Part shown: in pieces, positions 1 to 16,968 of the stretch
Layout of the letters: the number at the start of each line of letters is the position of its first letter
How positions within the stretch are numbered: position 1 is the first letter of the stretch
NCBI GenBank assembly: GCA_002269645.1
Contig: NIVC01000166.1
Coordinates: 558,001-622,000 of the forward strand
Reading direction: 5' to 3'
DNA: 64,000 nt
Source of the DNA: Macrostomum lignano
Lineage: Eukaryota
Notes under the pieces: model-generated
The model's input: the letters and a program-made list of their open reading frames with translations, nothing else
Database searches by the model: none
Told to the model about the DNA's origin: nothing
Program-made: the position numbers and the translations under genes

Positions 1-358
1 ACAAGATGGTTAATCGAGTGACAAGATAGTTAATCGAATGACAAGATAGTTAATCGAATGACAAGATAGTTAATCGAGTGACAAGATGGTTAATCGAGTG
101 ACAAGATAGTTAATCGAATGACAAGATAGTTAATCGAGTGACACGATAGTTAATCGAGTGACAAGATAGTTAATCGAGTGACAAGATGGTTAATCGAGTG
201 ACAAGATGATTAATCGAGTGACACGATGGCTAATCGAGTGACAAGATAGTTAATCGAATGACAAGATAGTTAATCGAGTGACACGATGGCTAATCGAGTG
301 ACAAGATGGTTAATCGAGCGACAAGATGGTTAATCGAGTGACAAGATAGTTAATCGAA
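1..358. repeat. 20-bp minisatellite (ACAAGATAGTTAATCGAGTG)n, runs off the window edge
   Basis: About 18 near-identical tandem units read directly from the sequence. Confidence 0.95.
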
Positions 359-595
359 TGACAATACAATCAGAGTGACAATGCAATCAGAGTGACAATA
401 CAATCAGAGTGACAAAACAATCAGAGTGACGATGCAATCAGAGTGACAAAACAATCAAAGTGACAATACAATCAGAGTGACAATACAATCAGAGTGACAA
501 TGCAATCAGAGTGACAATACAATCAGAGTGACAATACAATCAGAGTGACAATACAATCAGAGTGACAATACAATCAGAGTGACAAAACAATCAAG
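359..595. repeat. 17-bp minisatellite (ACAATACAATCAGAGTG)n
   Basis: Tandem units abutting the 20-mer array; shares the GAGTGACAA junction motif with it. Confidence 0.95.
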
Positions 596-949
596 GTGCA
601 AGATCTCAACTGTTTGAGCGCAACCCCTCTGCCCCATCTCATCCCACATACTATATACCAGCTGCCCAGCTCAAATATGACATTGATGGTTGACAATCCG
701 GCAGGACTCACGTGAGCAGCCCAACAGCTAACAAAGATGTTCAGCAGCGCACAATCTACAATAAGTTGCACCACCATCCGTCAGATATCATTTGTAGATT
801 AAGAATAGAACTTGTTTCAAAAGAAAATAATAATCAGTTTTTTCAGGATGCTCCATGCACAATGCCATGTCAAAGGAAGGCCGGCAGTCTGAATGACGCA
901 ATCAGGTCACTCGCGTGGACGCTTAAAAGGTTTCAGGATTTTCAGTCGG

Positions 950-1750
950 TCAGACGCTGACTTTTAGACGAGGTGATGACGTCATGATAGATGGAGGCTG
1001 CAGGAGCAGGGGGGGGGTCAGAGGGCAGTAATTATTTACTGACGGCGAGATGAGATGCCCCGCCTCTGTCCAAGCGTGTGCAGGAAGGGTGCGTATGGAC
1101 TCAAAGCTTGGCTCTGCACAACAACCTTGGGGGCATTGAAGAGTGCAACGATTTGCAACGATTTGCAACGACCTCTGAATGTGTGCACGTGGGCTATAGT
1201 TCAAGGACCACTAGGAGTTATTATACCGCTGTTATCAGGACTGTAGCTTGAAGTTGGCGTGTGCGTTTTGCTCCGAGATTGAGCGCGCCAATACTGCATG
1301 TGCAGCGGCCCTTTGACTTTCTATTCGTCAGGTAAGTACATTCTGTTTGGCTTGGGGGTTGGCCCCGATGGGAGTGCATTCACATTGGTGTTAAAAACGG
1401 TAAATTCGACTTTAAATTCCAAACCCGATCCCAGCTAGATGAGCGCTCTATTGTGAAAGCTCCCATCGCATTCGCTCGCATGCCTGGAAAGTTAAAGAAT
1501 TTTTAATTAAGGGTCTGCTCAGTGCCGGCTGAATTCGTTCGTTGAGCAGCAGAACTCGGTGCACATGGAGAAGCAGTCAGACAGACATTGTCAGGGCATG
1601 GCCCATGGCGCGTTGTGAACCCGGTGACGCGGAATCAGACTGGCTGTGGAGGGCAGAGAAGATGAAGCATAGGAATCTGTTCTGCCGCAGGCTTTGTGAA
1701 ATTATTGATTGCGCCACAATATTTGGGGAAGTCACCTCCGCAGAATTAAA
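950..1750 (-). mobile_element. Possible heavily decayed Penelope-like element (RT thumb/linker + GIY-YIG remnant)
   Basis: Broken minus-strand frames: RFLCFIFSALHS...HRVLLLNE, PQAKQNVL, AWTEAGHLISPSVNN loosely resemble PLE motifs; many stops and frameshifts. Confidence 0.35.
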
Positions 1751-2077
1751 GGGGGAAGGGAAGGGCTCCTCTACCCCCGGGGGGAGATGAAGCAGAGATG
1801 CTGGAGAGAAGATGCGGAGCTGTTAATGCTAGAATGGATAAAGAATGACACGGGGCAGACTGCACAGACAGTTATGAATGGGTCAGGATAGATGATGATG
1901 TCCTTTGTTGTAAGGCTGAGACTTTTGAGACAAAGCCGCTTTTGGAGGTTGAGTCTGCGCAATAGGCTGAAATAATTTGCGGTTTGGGAGAGGGACTTAT
2001 TATACTGTCGATTGTCGAAATGGCACAGAAAGTTTAAAATGGCACTTTCCTGCCAAAAAATGGTGCTATTTTATGAT

Positions 2078-2398
2078 TTAATAATAATTAATGATGATAA
2101 TAATTATAATTGATTACACCTGCCCTAATGGGCAGATGTGCAACCGACAGCTCAGCCGCAGCTATTGCATGGCGCATCTGAAGGCTGCGTACGGCTGTTC
2201 AGTCCAAGGGGGGGGTGCAACACACACCCTCAATCACCTCAGCTAATGCTGGCACGCATTTTACAGCTGGGTGAACTGAAGCAATGCAATGAGTTAAGTG
2301 TCCTGCTCTAGGACACAAATTGTACCAGTTGAGATCGGGAATCGAACCTCCAACCTTCAAGTCGTTAGTCCGACGCTCTTACCACTGGCTACAACCCC
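2078..2398 (-). mobile_element. tRNA-derived SINE, family A, copy 1
   Basis: Minus strand: A box TAGCCAGTGG, B box GGTTCGATTCC, body with GTGTCCTAGAGCAGGACACTTAAC and CACCCAGCTGTAAAATG, (ATT)n-like tail; second copy at 60.6 kb. Confidence 0.8.
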
Positions 2399-3278
2399 TA
2401 TGACTGCAATTATGATATTATCATTAGCTTTTTGAACAGGCTAGGGGAGCAGTCAGTGGCGGTTAAGGGTCAATTCTCGTATTCTTAATTTCTAACATTA
2501 AAAATGGCACCAAGAACCAAATTTTTCAGTTAGAGCACTTCTGCGACAGCAATGCTATGTCGTATCTTCCAGTTGACACAAGACAAGTTGAAATCAAGCA
2601 ACACAAGGCTCAGCCACAGAAATTTACACATCAATCCATAATTGCTCGCTGGCCCGCTAAACACCAGCCAATGAAACACAAAAAATTCAACTCAAACTTT
2701 GATGATATCATTATCCATTGTTCTGTTGTAGCAGAGTTAGCCATCTACATAGAGTAGAAAAACCTTGGCAACTAAGCATACTCGAGGGCAATGGCGCACG
2801 GGGCCGATCAAATTAAGCAATCAATTGACCTGCCATATATTTATATTTATGATAGTTATCAGCAACAGACAATAGCCAAGCGAAATATTCCGAAGCAAAA
2901 AGGTAAGATCGAGAGAATTGGGGCCGCGGACGCCAGACAAAAGGAGATCTTCTGAAAATTTGGCCAATTTCTTTACGGACAAGTTGAGAACAAGTTTGCC
3001 TGGCTCCCAATTATTGTTTCGAGTTCTCAGGGCCACGAGCGCGCCATTGCCGAGCAGTTTTAGCTTGGGGAAGAGAGTCAGTTCTTCAGGACAGGTTAAT
3101 GCCCCGCGGGGGGTCCTTCAGGAACTACCAAAGATAGAATATGGCGGGGCAAGAGCTTGCTAGTTTTTTAGATTGGGCAAACCAGCAATTTTGTGATGCC
3201 GCCTAAAGATAATAAATAGTAATATTTGCCGGCATCACTGGTTCTTGGCTTTCTGCAACACAACCATACAATCGCTAC

Positions 3279-3598
3279 GGGGTGCTTTCACAAGGTCGAA
3301 ATTTCACAACGTCGAAAAGAAAATTATTTCACAAGGTCGAAACTTCACAGCGTCGAAAACTTTAGCAAAGGACTTCATAAGGTCGAAATTTCACAACGTA
3401 GAAAACTCAAATGGCAGCAACTTTCACAAGGTCGAAACTTCATAAGCTCGAAATTTCAGTATTTCACAACGTCGAAATTTAATATAACAAGAACCATACA
3501 TTAGTTTTCAACGTTGTGAAATTTCGACCTTGTAAAATTTCGATCTTGTGAAAGAAGGTGCTTTCAACGTTGTGAAATTTCGAGTTTGTGAAACCCCC
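3279..3598. mobile_element. Foldback/MITE-like element built from TTTCACAAGGTCGAAA subrepeats
   Basis: Direct subrepeats at 3285-3480, the same motif inverted at 3500-3595; GGGG/CCCC termini. Confidence 0.55.
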
Positions 3599-4937
3599 AC
3601 CCCTCCAAAGAAAACTGGTTCTGTAACAACTGTTTCTCGAAATAGAATTCCTTGAGCTCATGCGCCGTCCAATTAGAAGTTTTGTTTGGTGACAACCAGA
3701 TTTTTGCGGTCCTCGGCTCGGCTCCCAGTGGGGTGGGGGCCGCCCGGCATCAAGTTCGCCTAGATACTAAAACACATTGGCATCGCAAGTATGAGTTGTA
3801 AAACAGCGGTCCCTACAAGTTTTGGGCGAATAATTCCTCAACAGCTGATTGAGTTGAGTCGAGTATAAGAGGAGAGAGAATTGAACTTCTTCTTCTTCAC
3901 AGAAAAAGACAAGTGGCAATGAGATATTAGGGGGAGTTGATCAGGCAGACAACAACTAACTGCCTACTCAGATCTCAACAGGCAATTGACGCAGGCATTC
4001 CGAAGACCGGAGTTCGACCCCCCGCGGGCAGTGTTTGACAGCTCAATCGGTCTCCGCGCTGCCTAGGAAACCAGAATTTCATAGCCTCCGGTTCGGTTGA
4101 AATCGAAGTCGATCTTTGCTATAGCTGCTATTTGATGGAGTGGCACCGGCAATTTAATGTTGGACCAAATTTTTCTACTTCAGGACAAAATATTTCCCGA
4201 TTTTCGAACCAAGACTTTCAAGCTCAAGTTGGTAAACAAATCTTTTGGTAAAATCTTGATATGGAAAAATTTTTGTCATCCACTTCAACTTCAGCTGCGA
4301 ACTCCCAACCTGTAAAGTGTCAATAAGTTTAGGCAAATAGTCATTGCATTGCGCAATCATTGGCAACTTTTGAGTGAGTAAAAGGTATGTATTTGTAAGC
4401 ACAGGCATAGGCCAGCAGGTGCGAATAACTGAAGTTTCTAATTTGGCACCTGTATTTCGCGAAATCTGTTTACTCTCTCTGCTCATAATTACTGCAAAGT
4501 ATTGAGGCATGAATTAGCTGAATAGCTTAAGCTCAATTCAATAGAATTTTTACCTGTGTAACCCCACCTTAGTATAGAAAGAGTTAATGTAAGTTAGTGG
4601 TGCTCATGTTGTTTTAGGTACGAATACTGCTCAATTTGATGTTCATGCATCATTTTCCCAGCCTCAGAGATTTTGTTTAGGTGCGCACTAATCTTTGACG
4701 ATAACATTACTTTCAGCAAATATATATTGTCCGCCCGTGGAACATCTTTCTCTGTGATTATCAGTATGTTAAATCGTGCTCATGCTTCGATCATGCAACT
4801 CAAGGATTCCTGAGCACGCTATTAGAAACGGCTTGAGCTGTTTGTTAGTCTACTTACTTACTACTGACGGGGGGCGCAGGCGCCGCGAATAGGCCGCGAG
4901 GCCCCTATCGCAACCCCAAGGTAAAAGAGCACAAGGA

Positions 4938-9814
<4,877 letters not shown>

Positions 9815-10744
9815 TTATCCCAGGATTGCTCCCAGGCGAGGCTCCGGCAGGCCCCCGGTCCACACTCTGCAAGATCAGGGGGCGGGAGGCCGGCTGCGGG
9901 CTTGGGACACAGGCGCCAGGTCGAGTTGACAGCCGACGCCCGAGCCCTCCCCCACAAGAGCGGCCCTCGAGAACCCGTGTGGTACCAGTTGCAACTAAGG
10001 GCTGTCGATGGGTAGTTGGCGCTTAGCCAGCAGCCAACTACTTAGCAGCCACCTGCCCCGCAAAAAAGCAGCAGGGGGGATCCGTCCCCCACCAGCAGAC
10101 CAAGACGAGGAAGCTAGCCGCTTCCACGCCAGGCCAGAACGAAAAGGAGGGGGAAGAGCCTCCTCGAAAAACGAAAAGCTGGCGGATGTCACAGAGTCCC
10201 TCGGTTTAAGTTGCCGTTTGCCCCCCGTTTGTTTGTTAGTCTAACTATTGAGTTTCTTTTTAACTCGCCAATAGCCCCAACAAGTATTGTGAAGCAAATC
10301 CTCCATCCCGATCGGGCTCCAACAGTTGGTGACTGCGAGTCTGCCGAAGAAGTGGGTTGAAGAGGGGCCGTCATTGAAGAAGTATTCGTCATTCTGGCCG
10401 AACAGATGGTCGCGGGTTGATATGCGAGTCCTACCGAAAGCGAATAAATAGCGTAAATATGATCCCCTTTCATATTCCAGTAAATCGCCGGCAGGCCATC
10501 ATTCAACTTCTGTCGCGATGGGGCTTGGGAGGGGTCTCTTTTCGTCTCACACACAGGACCAAACTCTTTGATTTGCTTGCCTATAGGATTTGTAGACTGG
10601 CTCTCCCTATTTCTCAATTAGAATGTCTTTCCAATCGAGAGCTATTTTGATCGTTCAATAACGATATAGGAGTCTCCAAGGCGGGTATTCATATTTGAGC
10701 TGGGAGTTGCGAGCTCCCTGCAGTAGCGCTGTGGCAGCGACTAT

Positions 10745-11110
10745 CATTATTATTTTTTTATTAGAGGCAGGGGGGTTGTGTGCACCCTGGCGCACTTTAA
10801 GCGACATAGGCACACAACCGGCGAGAGGCATTGCTGTCCATTCCGCCGATTTCCCTGAGCAGGCACACAAGTGCGCGGATACGTACGCAGGCACACACTC
10901 ACACAGGAGTGCACAGCGGCCCTAACTTTATTTTATCGTTAGGCATGTACACTTCACTGCGCCTTGGGGGGTTGGCTCTCAAGGCCGTTAATTGCACGAG
11001 CAGAGCCAAGCCGAGATTCCAATTCAGCCCCAAATTAATGTGACTGCACTTGGAATCGAGCCTGGGTCGCTGGCACACCAGAGCAGCTGCGCTACCGCTG
11101 GGCTGCGGCC
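10745..11110 (-). mobile_element. tRNA-derived SINE, family B, copy 1
   Basis: Head GGGCCGCAGCCCAGCGGTAG...GGCTCGATTCC on the minus strand; body matches 18200-18390 and 63661-63790. Confidence 0.75.
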
Positions 11111-11508
11111 CCCCCCCCCTGGCTGGGGATTATAGAGGTAGAAAGTCAAAAAGCCTGTGTGAGCGCGTGTCTGAGGGCGTGCCTGCGTACAGTATTGGCG
11201 CGCTTGTGTGTGCTAAGAGTTAGCAGAATGTGACTGCTTGTGGGACGATTTCACGTTATAGAGCTGCCACACATTATCATCAGATTGGTTAAAATCAACC
11301 TTTTGTGTAGTCAAGCAAATTCCCAATTGAGAATTAGACTTTCAAGCGCAGCAAAAATAATTGCTCATTCGCACCCCAAAATTTCATTAAAGCTGCAAGA
11401 CGGCCAGCCAGGCTCCCCTGGACTCCAACTGTGCAATTTATCCGGGTGGGTTAATTAACCAAAACCCCTTAGTGAGACGGCTTGATCATGGACTTCTGGA
11501 ACCACAAG

Positions 11509-12849
<1,341 letters not shown>

Positions 12850-13564
12850 ACATCATCCTTGGGGCGCTTCTCTACATATCCTATGATATTTGGCGAAGAT
12901 TTTCACTAGCTAACTAGCTTCCAGTCCAAGGGGCGCTTTTAACTCAGTGGTGTCCATGGCTCTGATCCAAAGCGAAAATTCCCTCCGGGCTTGCAACTAT
13001 AGAGCAGAGTAGACTCGAGAGACCTGTTGCAACCCTTTTGGCCGGCTAATTATGCCACTGACCCCCAATTAACGCACGTGCCTCTGCCACGGGACTACCT
13101 TGACCTTCCTCGTACCCCAATGCAGTCTAGCAGTTGCTGGGCAATTATAAATCATGGAACGCAACCCAGGGGCCAGAAAGCAAGATCAAGCTCACCGCAG
13201 CTTTGCATCAGCAGCCTAGCTGCGAGGTCCTTAATGAAAAAAACAGGTGTTAAAATAGAAACAGTTTAATTAAATCGATTTGAGTAGAGACAGACTGCAG
13301 CACAACAAAGACTCAAAAATTAGGGAGAGCAGCAATTATCTTTCTGAGTCCAGAAGTTTATTACCCCAAGTGGTTTCCAAGCTTTATTCTTGCCTGACAG
13401 CTTTTATTACAGCTGCAGATTTAAACGGTGCGTAATCAAAAAAATTGTGCTGGCCAAGAGCCAAGGAGCTGACACGCAAAGTTTGCTGCATGCAATTCAT
13501 TTTTAAGCAACAAATATGTTCCAGTAACAGAATACCTACAGGCCGGCATGCAGACAGCAAAGAT

Positions 13565-14648
13565 TAGATACAGACAGTAGGGATGAGACACAGACAGTAG
13601 GGATGAGACACAGACAAGAGAGATGAGACACAGACAGCAGGGATGAGACACAGACAGTAGGGATGAGACACAGACAGCAGGGATGAGACACAGACAGTAG
13701 GGATGAGACACAGACAGTAGGGATGAGACACAGACAGCAGGGATGAGACACAGACAGTAGGGATGAGACACAGACAGTAGGGATGAGACACAGACAGTAG
13801 GGATGAGACACAGACAGTAGGGATGAGACACAGACAGCAGGGATGAGACACAGACAGTAGGGATGAGACACAGACAGCAGGGATGAGACACAGACAGCAG
13901 GGATGAGACACAGACAAGACAGATGAGACACAGACAGCAGGGATGAGACACAGACAGCAGGGATGAGACACAGACAAGACAGATGAGACACAGACAGTAG
14001 GGATGAGACACAGACAGTAGGGATGAGACACAGACAGTAGGGATGAGACACAGACAGTAGGGATGAGACACAGACAAGAAAGATGAGACACAGACAGCAG
14101 GGATGAGACACAGACAAGACAGATGAGACACAGACAGCAGAGATGAGACACAGACGGTAGGGATGAGACACAGACAGCAGGGATGAGACACAGACAGCAG
14201 GGATGAGACACAGACAGCAGGGATGAAACACAGACAGCAGAGATGAGACACAGACGGTAGGGATGAGACACAGACAGCAGGGATGAGACACAGACAGCAG
14301 GGATGAGACACAGACAGCAGGGATGAAACACAGACAGCAGGGATGAGACACAGACAGCAGGGATGAGACACAGACAGCAGGGATGAAACACAGACAGCAG
14401 AGATGAGACACAGACAGCAGGGATGAGACACAGACAGCAGGGATGAGACACAGACAGCAGGGATGAGACACAGACAAGAGAGATGAGACACAGACAGCAG
14501 GGATGAGACACAGACAGTAGGGATGAGACACAGACAGCAGGGATGAAACACAGACAGCAGAGATGAGACACAGACAGCAGAGATGAGACACAGACAGTAG
14601 GGATGAGACACAGACAGCAGGGATGAGACACAGACAGCAGGGATGAGA
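13565..14648. repeat. 20-bp minisatellite (GGATGAGACACAGACAGCAG)n
   Basis: About 54 tandem units with AGCAG/AGTAG/AAGAC variants. Confidence 0.97.
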
Positions 14649-15264
14649 CTACTACAAACAAAATACTAAACAAAATACTGTTAGCCTACTTTAAGCAGAC
14701 AGATAAGAAATGTAGAAAACTCAAGTATAAAACAGTACATTAATTTTTCACGAGCGTACTTTATCAGGAAGTGTTTCGAACGACAAGCAGCTCTGCAACA
14801 CACGCACACATATGCGCATGTACTTTTATATTTATTTTATTAATTGTTAAATATTCTTAGCAGACAAGCGGGGTTCCGCTTGATCACAAATTTGTGACTC
14901 AGCTGTTAGCAGATAAGCAACCTATTGTGTCATGAAGCCAATTACAGCAAAATAAAACCGTTAGCTTTGGAAGATAATTTCAAAAGATTTAAAGTTTAAT
15001 ATTGTAGTTAATGAGCTTTTAAACTTCAGATTACATGTGCCATAAATAGTGTCTGCATAAAATAATCAGACATACTAATAGGAATGTTAGAGGAATGTGT
15101 TAAGCAAACTCCACGATGCCAGCCAAAACGATTATTTAAATAATAATAACTTTATTTCTTTTTATTAAAACAAAACCTGCTTGCGCTAAAATAAAAATCG
15201 AACTCAGTACCTTGCAGTACAACTGAATCTGGGCTACTGAGAGTGATTTTCGAATCTCACAATG

Positions 15265-15730
15265 ACCTTGAAATCTCGCAGTGACCCAGGAATCTTCCAA
15301 TGACCTTGAAATCTTACAGAGACCAAAGAATCTTCCAATGACCTTGAAATCTTACAGAGATCAAAGAATCTTCCAATGACCTTGAAATCTTACAGAGACC
15401 AAAGAATCTTCCAATGACCTTGAAATCTTACAGAGACCAAAGAATCTTCTAATGACCTTGAAATCTTACAGAGATCAAAGAATCTTCCAATCACCTTGAA
15501 ATCTTACAGAGATCAAAGAATCTTCCAATGACCTTGAAATCTTACAGAGATCAAAGAATCTTCCAATGACCTTGAAATCTTACAGAGACCAAAGAATCTT
15601 CCAATGACCTTGAAATCTTACAGAGACCAAAGAATCTTCCAATGACCTTGAAATCTCGCAGTGACCTAGAAATTTTCCAATGACCTTGAAATCTCGCAGT
15701 GACCCAGAAATATTACAAGGACCTCGAAAT
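15265..15730. repeat. 38-bp minisatellite (TGACCTTGAAATCTTACAGAGACCAAAGAATCTTCCAA)n
   Basis: About 12 tandem units, degenerate at the edges. Confidence 0.93.
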
Positions 15731-16249
15731 CTCAGTTAGCTTTTTACCAAAACAGTGAATAAAAAAAGTAAAAGTGAGTCGCCATACCTTAAATAAAGTT
15801 CAGTGTGACCTTAAATTAAAAACAAAACATGCACTGTCAAAGTTAACCAAAAATGTCGGAAACAAAGTCAGCATAAAATTGTTACACAGCCAAGAATTGG
15901 AAGAAGTAAGAACTGTAGAACGATAAAGTAAGGCACATAGACAAAATATAACCGTATAAATTAGCTTTTCAGTCAGGATAAAAACTATTCAAAACGAGAT
16001 TAACACTGGCTGGCTGCTGCTGCTTTTAAAAGTATTAAAAGAATAATTATTTTTTGTACCTTTAATATTAGAATTAACACCTCTACCAGGACGTCTTTGA
16101 CCAAAGTTAGGTGCACATCTGCTAGTATACATGTACAGTATACCTTAATACATTTTCGATATTACCTTGGATTAATCAGAAAATTGAAAGGGATGATTTT
16201 TGGAATTCGAAAATCGATGGGATTTCTAGGATTATTATGATCCGAGAAC

Positions 16250-16860
16250 TAATGGGATTATTGGGATTTGGAATCTGATGGAATTATTGGGATTTGGAAT
16301 CTGATGGGATTTTTGGGATTTGGAATCTGATGGGATTTTTGGGATTTGGAATCTGATGGGATTTTTGGGATTTGGAATCTGATGGGATTTTTGGGATTTG
16401 GAATCTGATGGGATTTTTGGGATTTGGGATCTAATGGGATTTTTGGGATTTGGAATCTGATGGGATTTTTGGGATTTGGAATCTGATGGAATTATTGGGA
16501 TTTGGAATCGGGTGGGATTATTGGGATTTGGGATCTAATGGGATTCTTGGAATTTGGAATCTGATGGGATTATTGGGATTTGGAATCTGATAGGATCTTT
16601 GGGATTTAGGTTCTGATGGGATTATTGGGATTTGGGATCTAATGGGATTCTTGGGATTTGGAATCTGATGGGATTATTGGGATTTGGAATCTGATGGGAT
16701 TCTTGGGATTTGGAATCTGATAGGATCTTTGGGATTTAAGATCTGATGGGATTATTGGGATTTGGGATCTGATGGGATTCTTGGGATTCGGGATCTGATG
16801 GGATTCTTGGGAGTTGCGATATGAAAATTATTGGGATTTTTGGGATTTGGGATCTGAAAA
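16250..16860. repeat. ~26-bp minisatellite (GGATTATTGGGATTTGGAATCTGATG)n
   Basis: Tandem units just downstream of the SCAMP stop codon. Confidence 0.93.
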
Positions 16861-16968
16861 CTGTAGGGATTAATATTTAAGGAGTTCGTTAATCGATTAA
16901 ACTCCGTGCACAGCCCCCCCCCAAAAAAGTATTTTATCAAAATTTGTTCAATTTAGTTTCCTAGAGCT

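Noticed and set aside
4175-4510. 111-aa minus-strand ORF, and the 142-aa ORF at 10189-10617 on the other side of the LINE
   Set aside because: No recognisable motifs; rejoining the empty site ends the upstream frame within a few codons
10020-10229. HDV-like ribozyme at the LINE 5' end (TTCCTCGT loop, GG, hairpin, GCTAA)
   Set aside because: I could not form P3 or P2 pairings in the required nested order; a covariance-model search would be needed
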